DNA of 64,000 nt from Sphaerodactylus townsendi (lineage: Eukaryota): contig NC_059425.1 in NCBI RefSeq assembly GCF_021028975.2, positions 189,038,001 to 189,102,000 on the forward strand, written 5' to 3'. The translations under genes were made by a program, and so were the position numbers. This document shows, one piece after another, positions 1-11,450 of the stretch. The notes beneath the pieces are model-generated. The model was given only the letters and a program-made list of their open reading frames with translations. It was not told where the DNA came from and made no database searches. Each line of letters begins with the position of its first letter. Positions within the stretch are counted from its first letter, which is position 1.

Positions 1-228
1 TCAAAGTCTGGCCCAAAGCATTTAATCAAAGTACTTTTAAACAAGCTATGAATAGTTGTACGGAAGCAACTGGAAGCAACAATTTTCAAAAGGGTTAGCT
101 GTCCTGTCTGTACATTGGGAAAAAAAGAGCCAAAGAGAATTCATTTTACAAATGAAATCAGGGCCCAATACCTGGATAAACGTAGGGTTTAAACCACACA
201 TTTAGCTGCACGTGCATTCAGTGTAACA

Positions 229-617
229 CAGTGGTGGGATCCAAACATTTTAGTAACAGGTTCCCCTGGTGGTGGGATTCAAACAGTGGTGTAGCACCAA
301 TGGGGATGGGCGGGGCGCCACTGACCCGGGGGCGTGGTGAGGGCATTCCGGGAGTGGGAGTACATTGCTGGAAGGCGAGGGTCCTTGGAGTGGGGAAAGC
401 GAATGCCGCAGGCGCGCATGAGCTGCCACGCACACCGGTGCACCTCCTGCTAGACTGCTTCAAGTTCTGCATGCTACTGCTGAGGAGCGGAGGAGGGGCA
501 TAAGTATGACAAGAATCATGTGGCAAAATCACCAATTAGTAACCCCCTCTCGGCACACACAAATAATTAGTAACCTACTCTCGGGAACCTGTGAGAACCT
601 GCTGGATTCCACCTCTG
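229..617. mobile_element. hAT-superfamily MITE (family CAGTGGTGGGATCC)
   Basis: Termini CAGTGGTGGGATCCA...TGGATTCCACCTCTG; perfect 8-bp TSD GTGTAACA (221-228, 618-625). Confidence 0.9.
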
Positions 618-920
618 GTGTAACAAGAGAATTACTCACTGCACGTATAAATAAAATCCAAGGCACACAGGGTGTACTTATGTTCACCGTAACATGCGAA
701 CAGGGCTTATCTTTTTGAACTCCCACAGAATAAACTTATTAGAAGAATCGGAGGACTGCATACCTGAACAGAACTGACAGAGTAGGGGTCGCCAACACAT
801 CTGGTGTGCACAACACATCTGGCAAGTACCTGCCAACACATCTGGTGAACTGGATTTGTTTCCCTGCTCCTTCGCATGAAGCCTGCTGGGTGACCTTGGG
901 CCAGTTCTAGTTCTCTCAGA

Positions 921-1174
921 CAGAGGCGTAGCTGGGCAAAACTGCGCCCGGTGCGCAGTGTGTTTTTTGCACCCCTCCATGAGCCTGAACTGTAAATAGG
1001 CCGCTTTTTCCAGCCTGAAAAAGTACTAGAAAAAAAAGGAACTAAGGGAAGGGGGCGGGGGGCTGTGCGGGGGGTCGCAAGGAAAAGGGGGAGTGGCCGG
1101 GGGGCGATTTCCCACCCCCCAGGCGTGCGCCCGGTGCGCAACGCACCCCCCTTCCCCTTGCTGCTCCGCCACTG
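921..1174. mobile_element. GC-rich hAT MITE inserted into a Squam3-like SINE fragment
   Basis: Termini CAGAGGCGTAGC...GCTCCGCCACTG; perfect 8-bp TSD CTCTCAGA. The flanks carry the SINE CORE motif GGGTGACCTTGGGCCAG and CAGCCTGACCTACCTCAC. Confidence 0.88.
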
Positions 1175-1279
1175 CTCTCAGAACTCTTTCAGCCTGACCT
1201 ACCTCACTAAGAAAAGGAGGTCCGGCCAGACGGGCCCAGTAAAGCTTTATGACTGGCCAGTGGAGATCTGACTGGGGCT

Positions 1280-1610
1280 GTGCAGATTTCTTTAAATGTT
1301 GCCTTGGAAGTACAAATGAAAATACAAAAAATACTTAAAGATTTCCTTTTATTGCTAAAACTATGCTATTAGGCATTTTGCCCGAAAATTCCCCAAAGAA
1401 GCTTAATGAACCACGTTGGCACTCACTAACAGCTGCGAGGGTAATAGTTGCATCCCGCTGGAAAACTGAAAGAGATCTTAACACAGAACTCTGGGAAGAT
1501 AAAGTCAGAGGATATTGCTACAAAGGCCAAATTAACAAAGCTTGCAAAGAGACGGTCAAAACAAGAGTTTGATGAGAAACGGGAATTGCACTTCTTATTT
1601 GCAGTTGAAT
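1280..1610 (+). mobile_element. L1/Tx1-type LINE ORF2 C-terminal fragment
   Basis: ORF 1363-1572 (LLGILP...LTAARVIVASRWK...W) resembles the AARxxIAxxWK motif of vertebrate L1/Tx1 ORF2 C-termini. Confidence 0.6.
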
Positions 1611-1637
1611 TGATTACATAATAATAATAATAGCAAT

Positions 1638-1827
1638 AAACACTAGGGCAGCACTTGAAACATCTCCGAAATGACAAAATTAACATCTGTCAAGTTCAGA
1701 AGGCAGCCCTGCTGGGATCCACACGAATACTACCCTGATGCATTACAACTCCCTAGGCCTCTGGGTGAGGCTCGAATTGTAATGAAGACCAACAGTCAGC
1801 TAAAGATCGGGCAGCTGTGAAATCTAC

Positions 1828-1895
<68 letters not shown>
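1638..1895 (+). mobile_element. Dong/R4-clade LINE 3' end with (CAT)n tail
   Basis: Follows a short (TAA)n run and encodes LGQHLKHLRNDKINICQVQKAALLGSTRI, an R4-type C-terminus. The 3' UTR CCTAGGCCTCTGGGTGAGGCTCG...GTGAAATCTAC is followed by (CAT)n at 1828-1895. Confidence 0.75.
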
Positions 1896-1996
1896 GAATA
1901 TTAATTTGTTTTTGATTAAGATGTAAGTAACTGCTTACTCGATATTTATTGCTGTTGTGGAACTCAAGGTTAGAAGGTAACAAAGTTTAAAACTAT

Positions 1997-2562
1997 GGCC
2001 CTTTCCGCATACGCGAGGCCCGTGAATATGGCGGACCTGGAGGACAACAAAAAGCGCCGTCCCCAGGCAGCCATTAGCTGCACACGGTCCCGGCGCAGCT
2101 GCAGCGCCGCCCTACGCGCCGACCGACGGCGCCAAGCACGGCATTTCCAGAGTGCGGCTGGGAAGCGCGCTTTTTTCTTAAACGCCGGCTGGAAGCCCGC
2201 TTTACCGATTATAACGGCGAAAGTGGCTTCCAGGCGCTTCCCCCGCACTCCCTCCACTTACCGTGCTATCCCGGCCCTCCGGCGTCGCCCGGAGCCTGAG
2301 GACCACGCCCCTGCTCTCGGCAGCTGAAGCCAGAGTCGCGCCCAGAACTGGGAGAAGCGTCCCCCTGAGCCCTGGCGATCGCGCGCCCGGGAGAAACCAG
2401 GTAGAATCCACCACGAGGCGACGGCAGGCTCCAGCGGCGCCCGTCTTCTCGGTAGTTCTTTCTGGGACCGTCCGTAATGCGTGAGGGCCCGGTCCCGCCG
2501 TCATCGAGTGCGTCCGTCAGTAACGCCGACCCAAGCCCTTCCGCCTCCGTGCGGAAAGGGCC
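1997..2562. mobile_element. CpG-rich PIF/Harbinger-type MITE
   Basis: Perfect TIR GGCCCTTTCCGCA...TGCGGAAAGGGCC with a 3-bp duplication (TAT) on both sides. Confidence 0.85.
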
Positions 2563-2714
2563 TATGTAATGTTCTCCTGAATAACATTAGGGTTTATAAG
2601 TAACTATATTTTCTTTTTTCTCTTTCTATATTTTCTTTTCTGGTTTTGAATTATATTTGAGAAAACTAGTAAAAATATTTTAAATAAACGTTGCTTCGGC
2701 AGGAATTGCCATCA

Positions 2715-2884
2715 CAGCACACGGATCTCCAGTGTGACTGGAGGTAAGTTGCAGAGGTGGTTTGCCGTTGCCTTCCTGTACATAGTGACCCTGGAAGCCC
2801 TCCCATCCAAATACTAACTAGGGCTGACCCCCGCTTAACTTCTGAGATCTGATGAGATCAGGCTTGCCTGAATCATCCAGGTTG
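2715..2884 (-). mobile_element. 5S rRNA-derived SINE (5S-Sauria-like)
   Basis: The minus strand has a 5S-like head GCCTGATCTCATCAGATCTCAGAAGTTAAGCGGGG...GTTAGTATTTGGATGGGAG followed by the RTE/Sauria-type GGCAACGGCAAACCACCTCTG. Confidence 0.75.
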
Positions 2885-3199
2885 GGACTACGAACAAAAA
2901 GATCTACTCAAGAAGACATCGTTCATTTTAAACCACAGGTGTCAAACTTCAGCTTTGACCCCTCTCAGAGATTGTTTATGGACTACAAGTTCCCCATCAT
3001 CCCCTGCCAGCATGATGCTGGCGAGCGATGATGGATGATAAGAACTATGAATCATAACTCTATGTCGGAGAACCCTAGACAAACGCACCTGATACAATGC
3101 CTTAAATGGTCTCTGGCCAGCAGGTTTCTGTCTAACTATAATCCGGTCTCTAATCTGCCCTTTAAGGGAAAAGTAATTGAGTGCGTGGTGGCAGAGTAA

Positions 3200-3562
3200 T
3201 GCCTTGAGTTCTTGGATGACTCTTCTGCTCTTGCTCCTTTTCAATCTGGCTTCAGGTCTGGCTATGGCACACAGATGGGGCTTGGTTATTCTTAGTCGAC
3301 AATTTTCTCTTCCAGCCGACCAGGTGAAAGTATTTTAAACAACTTTATTAGATCTTTCTGCTGCATTTGCTGCAGTTCTTCGTACAATCTTACCAAAAGC
3401 CTTGAAGCATACAGTAAGGAGTGAAGGAAAAGGTACTCCAGGGATTTAGGTCTTGACTATCAAAATGGGCAAAGAGGGGTGAAAATGGGAGAGGCTGTAC
3501 CAGTTCAACAGAATGTTTCCTGTGGCATTCTACAGGGTTCAGTGTGGCCCCCCTGTGAGATC
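3200..3562 (+). mobile_element. Degraded L2-clade reverse transcriptase fragment
   Basis: Motifs PFQSGFRSGYGT, DLSAAFAAV and CGILQGSV correspond to L2 RT QSGFRPGYGTE, DLSAAFDTV and GVPQGSV. Confidence 0.75.
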
Positions 3563-3570
3563 ATCCAGAG

Positions 3571-3769
3571 CAGTGGTTCCCAAACTTATTTGGCCTACCG
3601 CCCCCTTTCCAGAAAAAATATTACTTAGCGCCCCCTGGAAATTAATTTTTTTAAAATTTTAATAGCAATTAAACAGATAGATATATGTTTCTACCTGTGG
3701 CCATCACCGCCCCGCTGGATCACTGCAGCACCCGCCAGGGGGCGGTAGCGCCCACTTTGGGAATCACTG
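3571..3769. mobile_element. hAT (Charlie-like) MITE
   Basis: TIR CAGTGGTTCCCAAA...TTTGGGAATCACTG; TSD ATCCAGAG/ATCCAAAG (7/8). Confidence 0.88.
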
Positions 3770-3783
3770 ATCCAAAGCTTCAG

Positions 3784-4540
3784 ATCATAGAATCATAGAG
3801 TTGGAAGGGGCCATACAGGCCATCCAGTCCTATCCCCTGCTCAGGCCAGGATCATCCTTGAGCATCCTAGACAAGTATTTGTCCAGGAGCAGCAGTGGCG
3901 TAGGAGGTTAAGAGCTCGTGTATCTAATCTGGAGGAACCGGGTTTATTCCCAGCTCTGCCACCTGAGCTGTGGAGGCTTCTCTGGGGAATTCAGATTAGC
4001 CTGTGCACTCCCACCCACGCCAGCTGGGTGACCTTGGGCTAGTCACAGCTTCTCGGAGCTCTCTCAGCCCCACCCACCTCACAGGGTGTTTGTTGTGAGG
4101 AGGGAAGGAAGGGAAAGTGATTGCAAGCCCCTTTGAGTCACCTTATAGGAGAGAAAGGGGNNNNNNNNNNNNNNNNNNNNNNNNNNNNNNNNNNNNNNNN
4201 NNNNNNNNNNNNNNNNNNNNNNNNNNNNNNNNNNNNNNNNNNNNNNNNNNNNNNNNNNNNNNNNNNNNNNNNNNNNNNNNNNNNNNNNNNNNNNNNNNNN
4301 NNNNNNNNNNNNNNNNNNNNNNNNNNNNNNNNNNNNNNNNNNNNNNNNNNNNNNNNNNNNNNNNNNNNNNNNNNNNNNNNNNNNNNNNNNNNNNNNNNNN
4401 NNNNNNNNNNNNNNNNNNACCAGCAAGTGATTTATTGCCTGACTGACAGGACCCCCCTCAATCTTCTCTTTTCGAGATGAAACATTCCTAAGTGCCCTCA
4501 TGTTTTCCTCACAGGGCTTGGTCTCCATATGGTCCTTAGT
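3784..4540 (-). mobile_element. CR1 3' fragment interrupted by a SINE and an N gap
   Basis: ATCATAGAATCATAGAGTTGGAAGGG is the reverse complement of the CR1 (TTCTATGA)n tail. CR1-like sequence resumes after the gap (CCCCCTCAATCTTCTCTTTTCGAG...CCTCACAGGGCTTGGTCTCC). Confidence 0.65.
3886..4160 (+). mobile_element. Squam3-like tRNA/CORE SINE
   Basis: tRNA-like head with A/B boxes and CORE GGGTGACCTTGGGCTAGTCAC; near-identical to copies at 20925, 39270 and 40168. Confidence 0.85.
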
Positions 4541-5491
4541 ATGCTGATGGCACCCCCAACTCTATACATCATTGAACAAATCTCTGGAAATTGTCACTTC
4601 CGTATTGGGACAGAGCTTAGATGTCATGGGCAGGTGGATGAGGAAAAACATGCCAATTCCACACAACACAGAGGTGATTTCCACTGACAATTCTGCTTCT
4701 AATTTTGTGTGGGACGAGAACCTTTTTTTTTTTTAACAGATTCAGTAAAAAGAACTGGTGTCCTACTGGACATCCTGCTGGAAAGACAAACAGTTGTGAT
4801 ATCAAAGACTGCAGAGTTTCAGTTGTAATTGTCATGGAAAGCGGCCTCTCTCCTAAACCACAGCTGACTTCGCTGCACGGGCCCATGCTGTGGTAATCTC
4901 CAGGCCTGGTTATTGTAACATGGTCTACATGCCCTTGAAGAGAAGAAGAAGAGTTTGTATTTATACCCCACCTTTCTCTCCTGTAAGGAGTCTTACGAAC
5001 TCCTTTCCCTTCCTCTCTCCACAACGGACACCTTGTGAGACAGGTGGGGCTGACAGAGTTCTGAATGAACTGTGACTTAAGTCCACAAACTGTGACTAGC
5101 CCCAACTCGGAAGACAACTCAGAAACGTCAACTGGTATAACATGCGAGCATCTTACTTTTGACCAGGGTAAATCATTTAGCCCATAAAAGCACTACACTG
5201 GTTACCTATTTGCTTCCTGGTTCAAACCAAGACGATGGCTTTCACTTCTCAATCCAGGACCCACAAGCTTAAAGGACTGTATCTTTCTGTAAGCCCCTAC
5301 ACTCAGCCCAGCAGGAACTTCTGATTGTCCTCTCTCTCCAGGTTGTCTCCTTTCTCCTGGTTCTGAGATTTTTGGGAGGCTGCCCTGTCGTTGTGGACCA
5401 GGCCTCCTGATTTTGACACCCAACTGGAAGGTAAGAGAAAACTTTCAAAATAAATACATTTCCTTATAGAATAATACAGAACTAAGCTGTG

Positions 5492-5850
5492 ACCTGGATG
5501 GCCCAGGCGAGTCCGATCTCATCAGATCTCAGAAGCTAAACAAGATTGGCCCCAGATAGGAGACCACCATGGGAGTCCAAGGTTGTTATGCCGAGGAGGA
5601 CTATGGCAAATTACCTTTGTTTTCTCCTGCCTAGATCTGGATGGCCCAAGCTAGCCCAATCTAAGCAGATGTTGGAAACTAAAGCAGGGTCAGGCCTGAT
5701 TAGTACTTGGATGAGAGATCACCAAGGGAGTCCAGGGTTATTATGCAGAGGAAGGCAATGGCAAACCACCTCTGAGCATCTCTGGTCTTCCAAACCTCAC
5801 CAGAGTTTGCCACAAGTCAGCTGCGACTTGACTGCACTTTCCACCATCAC
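5492..5850 (+). mobile_element. Two tandem 5S-derived SINE copies
   Basis: Two heads starting CTGGATGGCCCA (about 5494 and 5637) with 5S-like GATCTCAGAAGCTAA and TTAGTACTTGGATGAGAGA; the second ends in an RTE-like tail (GTCAGCTGCGACTTGAC). Confidence 0.75.
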
Positions 5851-6020
5851 AAGATAAGAAACAAAATGATGTCTGCAATTCTAAGGGCTGTAAACACCCA
5901 GGTAGTCACTTGATCATTTCCCTTCTGTAGCCAGTCATGGAAACAACTCATCTCATATGTTTATTGGGTATATGGATGTGTGTGCGTGCATGTGTGTGTA
6001 TGGAATCTAGGAACCTAGAC

Positions 6021-6133
6021 CCGTGGTGGCGAACCTTTGGCACTCCAGATGTTATGGCCAATGGCCATGCTGGCAGGGGCTGATGGGAATTGTAGTCCAT
6101 AACATCTGGAATGCCAAAGGTTCGCCACCACTG
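6021..6133. mobile_element. Short palindromic hAT MITE
   Basis: Long TIRs GTGGTGGCGAACCTTTGGCACTCCAGATGTTATGG; perfect TSD ACCTAGAC. Confidence 0.92.
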
Positions 6134-6694
6134 ACCTAGACAGTCGGAAGAACTAAGAGATGGGTGGAACTAGTTAGTGGGTTTGTCTGCTCCATCGCTT
6201 GGGATCTTGTTAACTTCCTGACAGAACTGACCCCCCTGAACTGACATTAGCACATTTTGATTATATCTTCTGCTCTCTTTGGTTCTGCCACATACCAAGG
6301 CTGTGAACCCCCCCCCCCCATGTTCTACTTTTGGACAGGCACAATTGCCCTTACAAAATATAGAGGGGTACAAATATGTGATACTTGACTGCCTGAATGG
6401 GTAGTTGTTGCTCTGACTCTATGGTTCCTGGAGAAGGAGGACAAGGTGAACTCAATAGTTCAAGCTACATCTAACTTACCGATTCCCAGTTTTACTCAAG
6501 TTGTAAGCAGAGGCACACTTTCCCCCCAACTCTGTGAAACGAAGAGGTATGGCACATATCTACAGATGTGTCGACTTTGGGAACAACAATTATCTGCAAG
6601 GCCATTTTGAAGTCTGAATAAAAGCAGCTCCCAGAAAGGTCTTCCTTGGGATTCTGGGTTGCCATAGGAATAAGATGCAAGTTCCTTAACTCAC

Positions 6695-6766
6695 CTCCAG
6701 ATGCCTTTGACCTTTCTTTCAACTTTTCTGCAGCCATTTCACTGTAGCTAGGAAGTTCTGACATCT
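6695..6766 (-). CDS. EHBP1: EHBP1 internal coding exon (3' part visible; 5' part hidden in N gap 6767-6962)
   Basis: The minus strand reads AG ATG TCA GAA CTT CCT AGC TAC AGT GAA ATG GCT GCA GAA AAG TTG AAA GAA AGG TCA AAG GCA TCT GGA G|GTGAGT, i.e. (K)MSELPSYSEMAAEKLKERSKASG. This matches human EHBP1 VKMSELPSYGEMAAEKLKERSKASG as recalled. It ends in a strong phase-1 donor, GAG|GTGAGT. Confidence 0.93.
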
Positions 6767-7339
6767 NNNNNNNNNNNNNNNNNNNNNNNNNNNNNNNNNN
6801 NNNNNNNNNNNNNNNNNNNNNNNNNNNNNNNNNNNNNNNNNNNNNNNNNNNNNNNNNNNNNNNNNNNNNNNNNNNNNNNNNNNNNNNNNNNNNNNNNNNN
6901 NNNNNNNNNNNNNNNNNNNNNNNNNNNNNNNNNNNNNNNNNNNNNNNNNNNNNNNNNNNNNNAAGCTCCATATCAGCGGGGTGTCAACAACACAATTTCG
7001 ACAGCCATCCAGGAACACGGTCTGCCCCCCCCTCCCAAAAAATTATTGTATTAAACAGGTTTTTAAAAATACAGTCTGAGGCTGATAGCTACCCCAAATT
7101 TAGGGCCACAGTAGCACACAGTATGTTTAAGACCAACATTCAAAGTACTAATGTGGGGGCAAAAGCAGGCGGAGACAGCCAAGTTCCAAAAAGGAAGAAT
7201 TGCACTACTTCAAGAGGGCTGGCCGAAAATTCCAAGGTCATTCGGCAACCAAATGAAATACTATCAACCACACCTTTGCATAGCAAATTCCAATCAAACA
7301 CTTACTGATTGCTTCCCCACCTGGGGACATGACAATTTA

Positions 7340-7497
7340 TACACCACTAAAACATTCCCTTCTCACTGGACACAGTGTGTAACAGACTTCTCTCTGTGAT
7401 ACACCTCTGAAGGTGCCAGCCACATATGCAGGCGAAATGTTAGGGACAAGATCCACCAGACCACGGCCACACAGCCCGGAAAACCCACCGCAACCAA
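7340..7497 (+). mobile_element. Penelope-like element pLTR fragment with degenerate hammerhead motif (7404-7444)
   Basis: CCT-CTGAAGG-TGCC...GGC-GAAA-TGTT-AGG followed by GACCACGGCCACACAGCCCGGAAAACCCACC; same family as 57942-58075. Confidence 0.78.
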
Positions 7498-8223
7498 TAC
7501 GCTAAACTGGTTTTTTAAAAATCTAATTAAAGTTAGTTAAGCAGAGATCTAAAGTGAATGAAAGCTATCAATTATAAGACATTTCCTGTTCAGAAGAGCA
7601 AAAGCATTTCCTAATTTTAAAATGTTTTTGTTTTGGAATAACCACTGGACAGAATAACAGAGCAACCTTAAGTAGGTCTTCTCAGGACTCTTCCGTGGGG
7701 CTTACTCCCAGGAAAGTGTGTTTCAGATTGTGCTGTTTGTACACAAACTATCAGTCTGTAATAAAGAGAATTTTCTGAAAAGCCTATCCTCAAAGTTAAA
7801 TCGTCAGGACCTGATTAATCCTCCAGGGCTAGAAACCATTGGGCAACTCCATATGAACTTCTTTCCTCCACGAAGGAAAGATTGGATAAAAATCTAACGA
7901 ACTAATAATAGATGTGGCAATGGAAATGTGCAAAGGTTAGCATTTCACAACAGGTTCCATTTCTCTGAGAGCTGTGGGAAGATGCGAGCAACCATTTTGA
8001 CATCCACTCTAACAGGCAGCTGATGTAATGCGTGGTAAAAATTAACTCTTGGCTGAAGGATACAGGAAGCTCACATCAATTACCAAACTATCACTGTTTG
8101 GTTTTAACTTTTTCACCCTGGAACACCCTGGAAGAGCATTTTATCACACTTCCGGTGCCAATATGGGCTAAAAATGTGGTACAATATACAGGAAAATGCT
8201 TTAGTACCCATCAAGACAACCAG

Positions 8224-8680
8224 TTTATTATTATTTATTATTTGTTTAATTTAATATACCGCCCTATCCCTGAAGGGCTCAGGGTGGTGTACAGCATAAA
8301 AACATCATACATAAAATCATCACAAAATTATTACCATAAATACAATTAAAACAACAGTTAATTCCCATGAAAACCTTGCTTAAACCCTCCCCAGAAATAT
8401 ACATATATATAATGGGTCCCGATAGTATGAGGGACCCATATGGGGCAAAGAGGAGGAGCAGGGGCAGGGGGCACCCTCAGCGGCTGGTCTCTCCAAAGGC
8501 CCGGTGGAACAACTCAGTCTTACAGGCCCTGCGGAATTCTCCAAGGTCCTGCAGGGCCCGGACAGCTGGAGGGAGAGTGTTCCACCAGGCCGGCGCCAGA
8601 GCCGTAAAGGCCCTAGCCCAAGTAGAGGCCAACCGCATCATTGAGGGGCCAGGGACTTCTAGTAAGTTGGCCTCTTACCA
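8224..8680 (-). mobile_element. L2 LINE 3' end
   Basis: The minus strand encodes RAFTALAPAWWNTLPPAVRALQDLGEFRRACKTELF (L2 ORF2 C-terminus) and ends in an AT-rich tail. Confidence 0.85.
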
Positions 8681-8793
8681 CGTGTTTATCTGTATGCCAT
8701 AGATGGGTGTGTTCCAAGGTGGTAAGAGTCAGATACCGGAGAAAGAGAAGGAATTTGCTGACATATCCCAAACGCATAGAAGCCATATAGTAA

Positions 8794-8968
8794 GACAAAA
8801 ATCCTGCGGTGTCTTAAACACTAATAAAGTTTATTTTAGTAAAAACACTAATAAAGTTTAATTTAGTATAAACTTTATGGAGTCAGCCTTGGCTGGAATA
8901 AACTTTGTCAATCGTTAAGGTGCCACTGGACTTGTTTTATTTTGATGCAACAGACTAACATGGCTACA
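8794..8968. mobile_element. Penelope-derived inverted pLTR remnant
   Basis: Ends TAAGGTGCCACTGGACTTGTTTTATTTTGATGCAACAGACTAACATGGCTAC, typical of reptile Penelope pLTRs; internal tandem duplication of AAACACTAATAAAGTTTA. Confidence 0.6.
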
Positions 8969-9199
8969 GAGAAGGTGTGCCCTTTAATTTTACTTTATGA
9001 CAAAATCCAGATAAGGCTATGCGATTTTGAATCCAACTTAAATCAACCAGACTAATACATGCTTGCAGGTGCTACCAAGTAAGGTCTAGTTATCGCAAAA
9101 AGTAGCTCAGGTAGTAAACGGTACCATTTGAATGATCTATATAATTTCTGACCTCAGGTGGGAAGGTCACATAACTGCATGTTTTCCCTTTACACAGGA

Positions 9200-9701
9200 C
9201 AGTGATGGCGAACCTTTTCGAGACAGAGTGCCTAAATTGCAACCCAAAACCCACTTATTTATTGCAAAGTGTCAACACGGCAATTTAACCTGAATGCTGA
9301 GGTTTTAGTTTAGAAAAAACAGTTGGCTCTGAGGCATGCGTTACTCGGGAGTAAGCTTTGTGGTAGTCGGTGGCTTTGCTTTGAAGCAACCGTGCAACTC
9401 TTCCAATGGGTGAATCACGACCTACTCAGAAGCAAGCCCTATCGACAGCAACCGAGCTTACTACTGGGTAAAGGATTGTGCTTTAATTCTTCACATGAAA
9501 ATCAGTGGAGTTTAACAACGCTTAACAGGGCTACCTACACTGCTTCCCCAAAAGTAGGTCTTAGGTTTAATGCTAATAATTGATCCCAGCGGCCCAGGCC
9601 AGCCTTGATGTGTGGGGGAGGGGGGCGACTGTTTGCGTGTGCCCACAGAGAGGGCTCTGAGTGCCACCTCTGGCACCCGTGCCATAGGTTCGCCACCACT
9701 G
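9200..9701. mobile_element. hAT MITE, ~500-bp family (copy 1)
   Basis: TIR CAGTGATGGCGAACCT...AGGTTCGCCACCACTG; TSD ACACAGGA/ACATAGGA. Four copies occur in the window. Confidence 0.92.
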
Positions 9702-10294
9702 ACATAGGATTTTATTTTCTCATGATGACCCAGTAGGGTTACAAAAACTGAGTCCAGCATGCACTACCTCAAACAATACAACAATACAACAAACCGTTGA
9801 ACTCAAGCTGATGTGAATTAAATATTCTTTACTATTATTTCAGTTTATCGTCTTATTTCATTTCATATATCTTCATATTTCAGACATAAATCCAAATGTT
9901 ATAATTCATAATTCATATAGGATATCCATCCATATTTCATAATTCCAAACTCATAATTCATAGGAACCAAATTCCATTTTTTCGTTCTCCATACACCGGA
10001 GAATATATGGTCTATTTCATCACTGTTCAGTTTTTGGCAGTCCACTTGAATATCGTATCTAAGCAAACAAAGGAAACGCTTTGCGCATAAGTCGTGTTTT
10101 TCGACAACTTCTTCAGCAATATATGCTAATATATCTAATTTTTATAGGCTTCCTACGGGTAATCTGAAAATAAATCCAGAAAATGTGTACATCAGTCATT
10201 GTTTCTAGAATATATGGTGTTCAATGACAGTTATATTGAAAGAAATGGGTTCTTCAATACTTTCAATTTTATGTTGATGTTATGTTGATTGTAA

Positions 10295-10560
10295 AGCAAC
10301 GGTGGAGAGGGAAAGCCATGAAATTATAGGACTGTTAGCCTGATGCTTATTGCAGATAAATTGGAGAGAGTATTAAGAAAGATAGAATTATTAAGGATGC
10401 TGAGCAAGCCAACCTAGGAAGATCAGCAACGTCTTGACCTCTGGTAATTTTTGAGTATTATTAAGTAGCAATAGCAAGCTGGTAGGCCAGATACATGTGG
10501 ACTTCAAAAACTTCTGATGAAGTCCCTCACCAAAACACTTAGCGCCTCTCACAAACTAGT
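10295..10560 (+). mobile_element. Old CR1 reverse transcriptase fragment
   Basis: Remnants of NYRPVSL (AATTATAGGACTGTTAGCCTG) and DFxKAFDKVPH (GACTTCAAAAACTTCTGATGAAGTCCCTCAC). Confidence 0.6.
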
Positions 10561-10597
10561 GACCCGTTCTGTTTGCTACCATTATATCACCCTACTT

Positions 10598-11173
10598 CAG
10601 TGGTGGGATCCAAAAATTTTAGTAACAGGTTCCCATGGTGGTGGGATTCAAACAGTGGCGGCTGGGCGGGGCATGATGGGGGCGTGGCCAGGCATTCCGG
10701 GGGCGGGGCATTAATAATTTCTCTGTTACTGTAAAAAACTCTTACTGTAAAAAAAAAGTTCCTAATTTCTAGCTGGTGTCTTTCTGTCCATAATTTAAAC
10801 TCATTATAGCAAGTCCTATCATCTATTGCCAACAGAAACAACTACTTCTCCTCTAATTGACTGCCTGTCAAATACTTAATACTTTCAAATACTTAATATT
10901 GTTTCTAGAAATCAAAAGAAGGATACTTTCCTTAAACAAGGAACTTTACCATATGTCTAAAACATGTTTTTAAAACAGCCCAACAGGGAGAATTATCCCG
11001 TTTTCTACCTTCGCTAACCAGCCACATAGGAAACAACAGGACTGTATGATTTTTGGACCTAATGGAATTTCTAACGGAAAAGCAGACCCAATTAGTAACC
11101 CCTTCTTGGCACACACAAATAATTAGTAACCCACTCTTGGGAACTGGTGAGAACCTGCTGGATCCCACCTCTG
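10598..11173. mobile_element. hAT MITE (same ends as 229-617)
   Basis: TIR CAGTGGTGGGATCC...GGATCCCACCTCTG; perfect TSD CCCTACTT. Confidence 0.92.
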
Positions 11174-11249
11174 CCCTACTTATGCAGCACTCTGAAGCTG
11201 CCAAGTATTCTGTTATGTGGACAGTGATGGGCAAGATACAACCAAGTTC

Positions 11250-11450
11250 TAAGGCTGCCTACCTCTGTGTGACACCTGGAGATCTCCTGGAATTTCAGTT
11301 GTTGTCCAGACTACAGAGATCAGTTCTCCTGGCGAAAATGGTTGCTTTGGAGGGTGGACCCCACGGCCCACTTGTTCCTTGCTGAGCTCCCCACCCAGGT
11401 TCTACCCCCAAATCTCCAGGACTTTCTCAACCTGGAGTTGGCAACTCTAC
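11250..11450. mobile_element. Old non-autonomous DNA element (GTTGCCAAC termini); related copy at about 34725-34932
   Basis: The two copies share body sequence (CCAGACT...GAGAAAATG...CTCCAG...CAAC) and TTGGCAAC-type ends. Confidence 0.55.

Noticed and set aside
1753-1983. Poly-Met ORF (and poly-Ile/Asn ORF at 59736-59933)
   Set aside because: Translations of microsatellites.
1997-2562. CpG-island-like region with overlapping 70-110 aa ORFs, suggesting a promoter or first exon
   Set aside because: It is bounded exactly by Harbinger-type TIRs and a 3-bp TSD, so it is a young MITE.
5492-5730. 5S rRNA genes (also 2800, 28530, 59390)
   Set aside because: Diverged partial heads fused to RTE-type tails, i.e. 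SINEs.
10075-10125. Possible hammerhead on the minus strand (CTGAAGAAGTTGTCGAAAAACACGACTT)
   Set aside because: The GAAA falls inside the hairpin loop rather than after helix II, so the topology does not fit.
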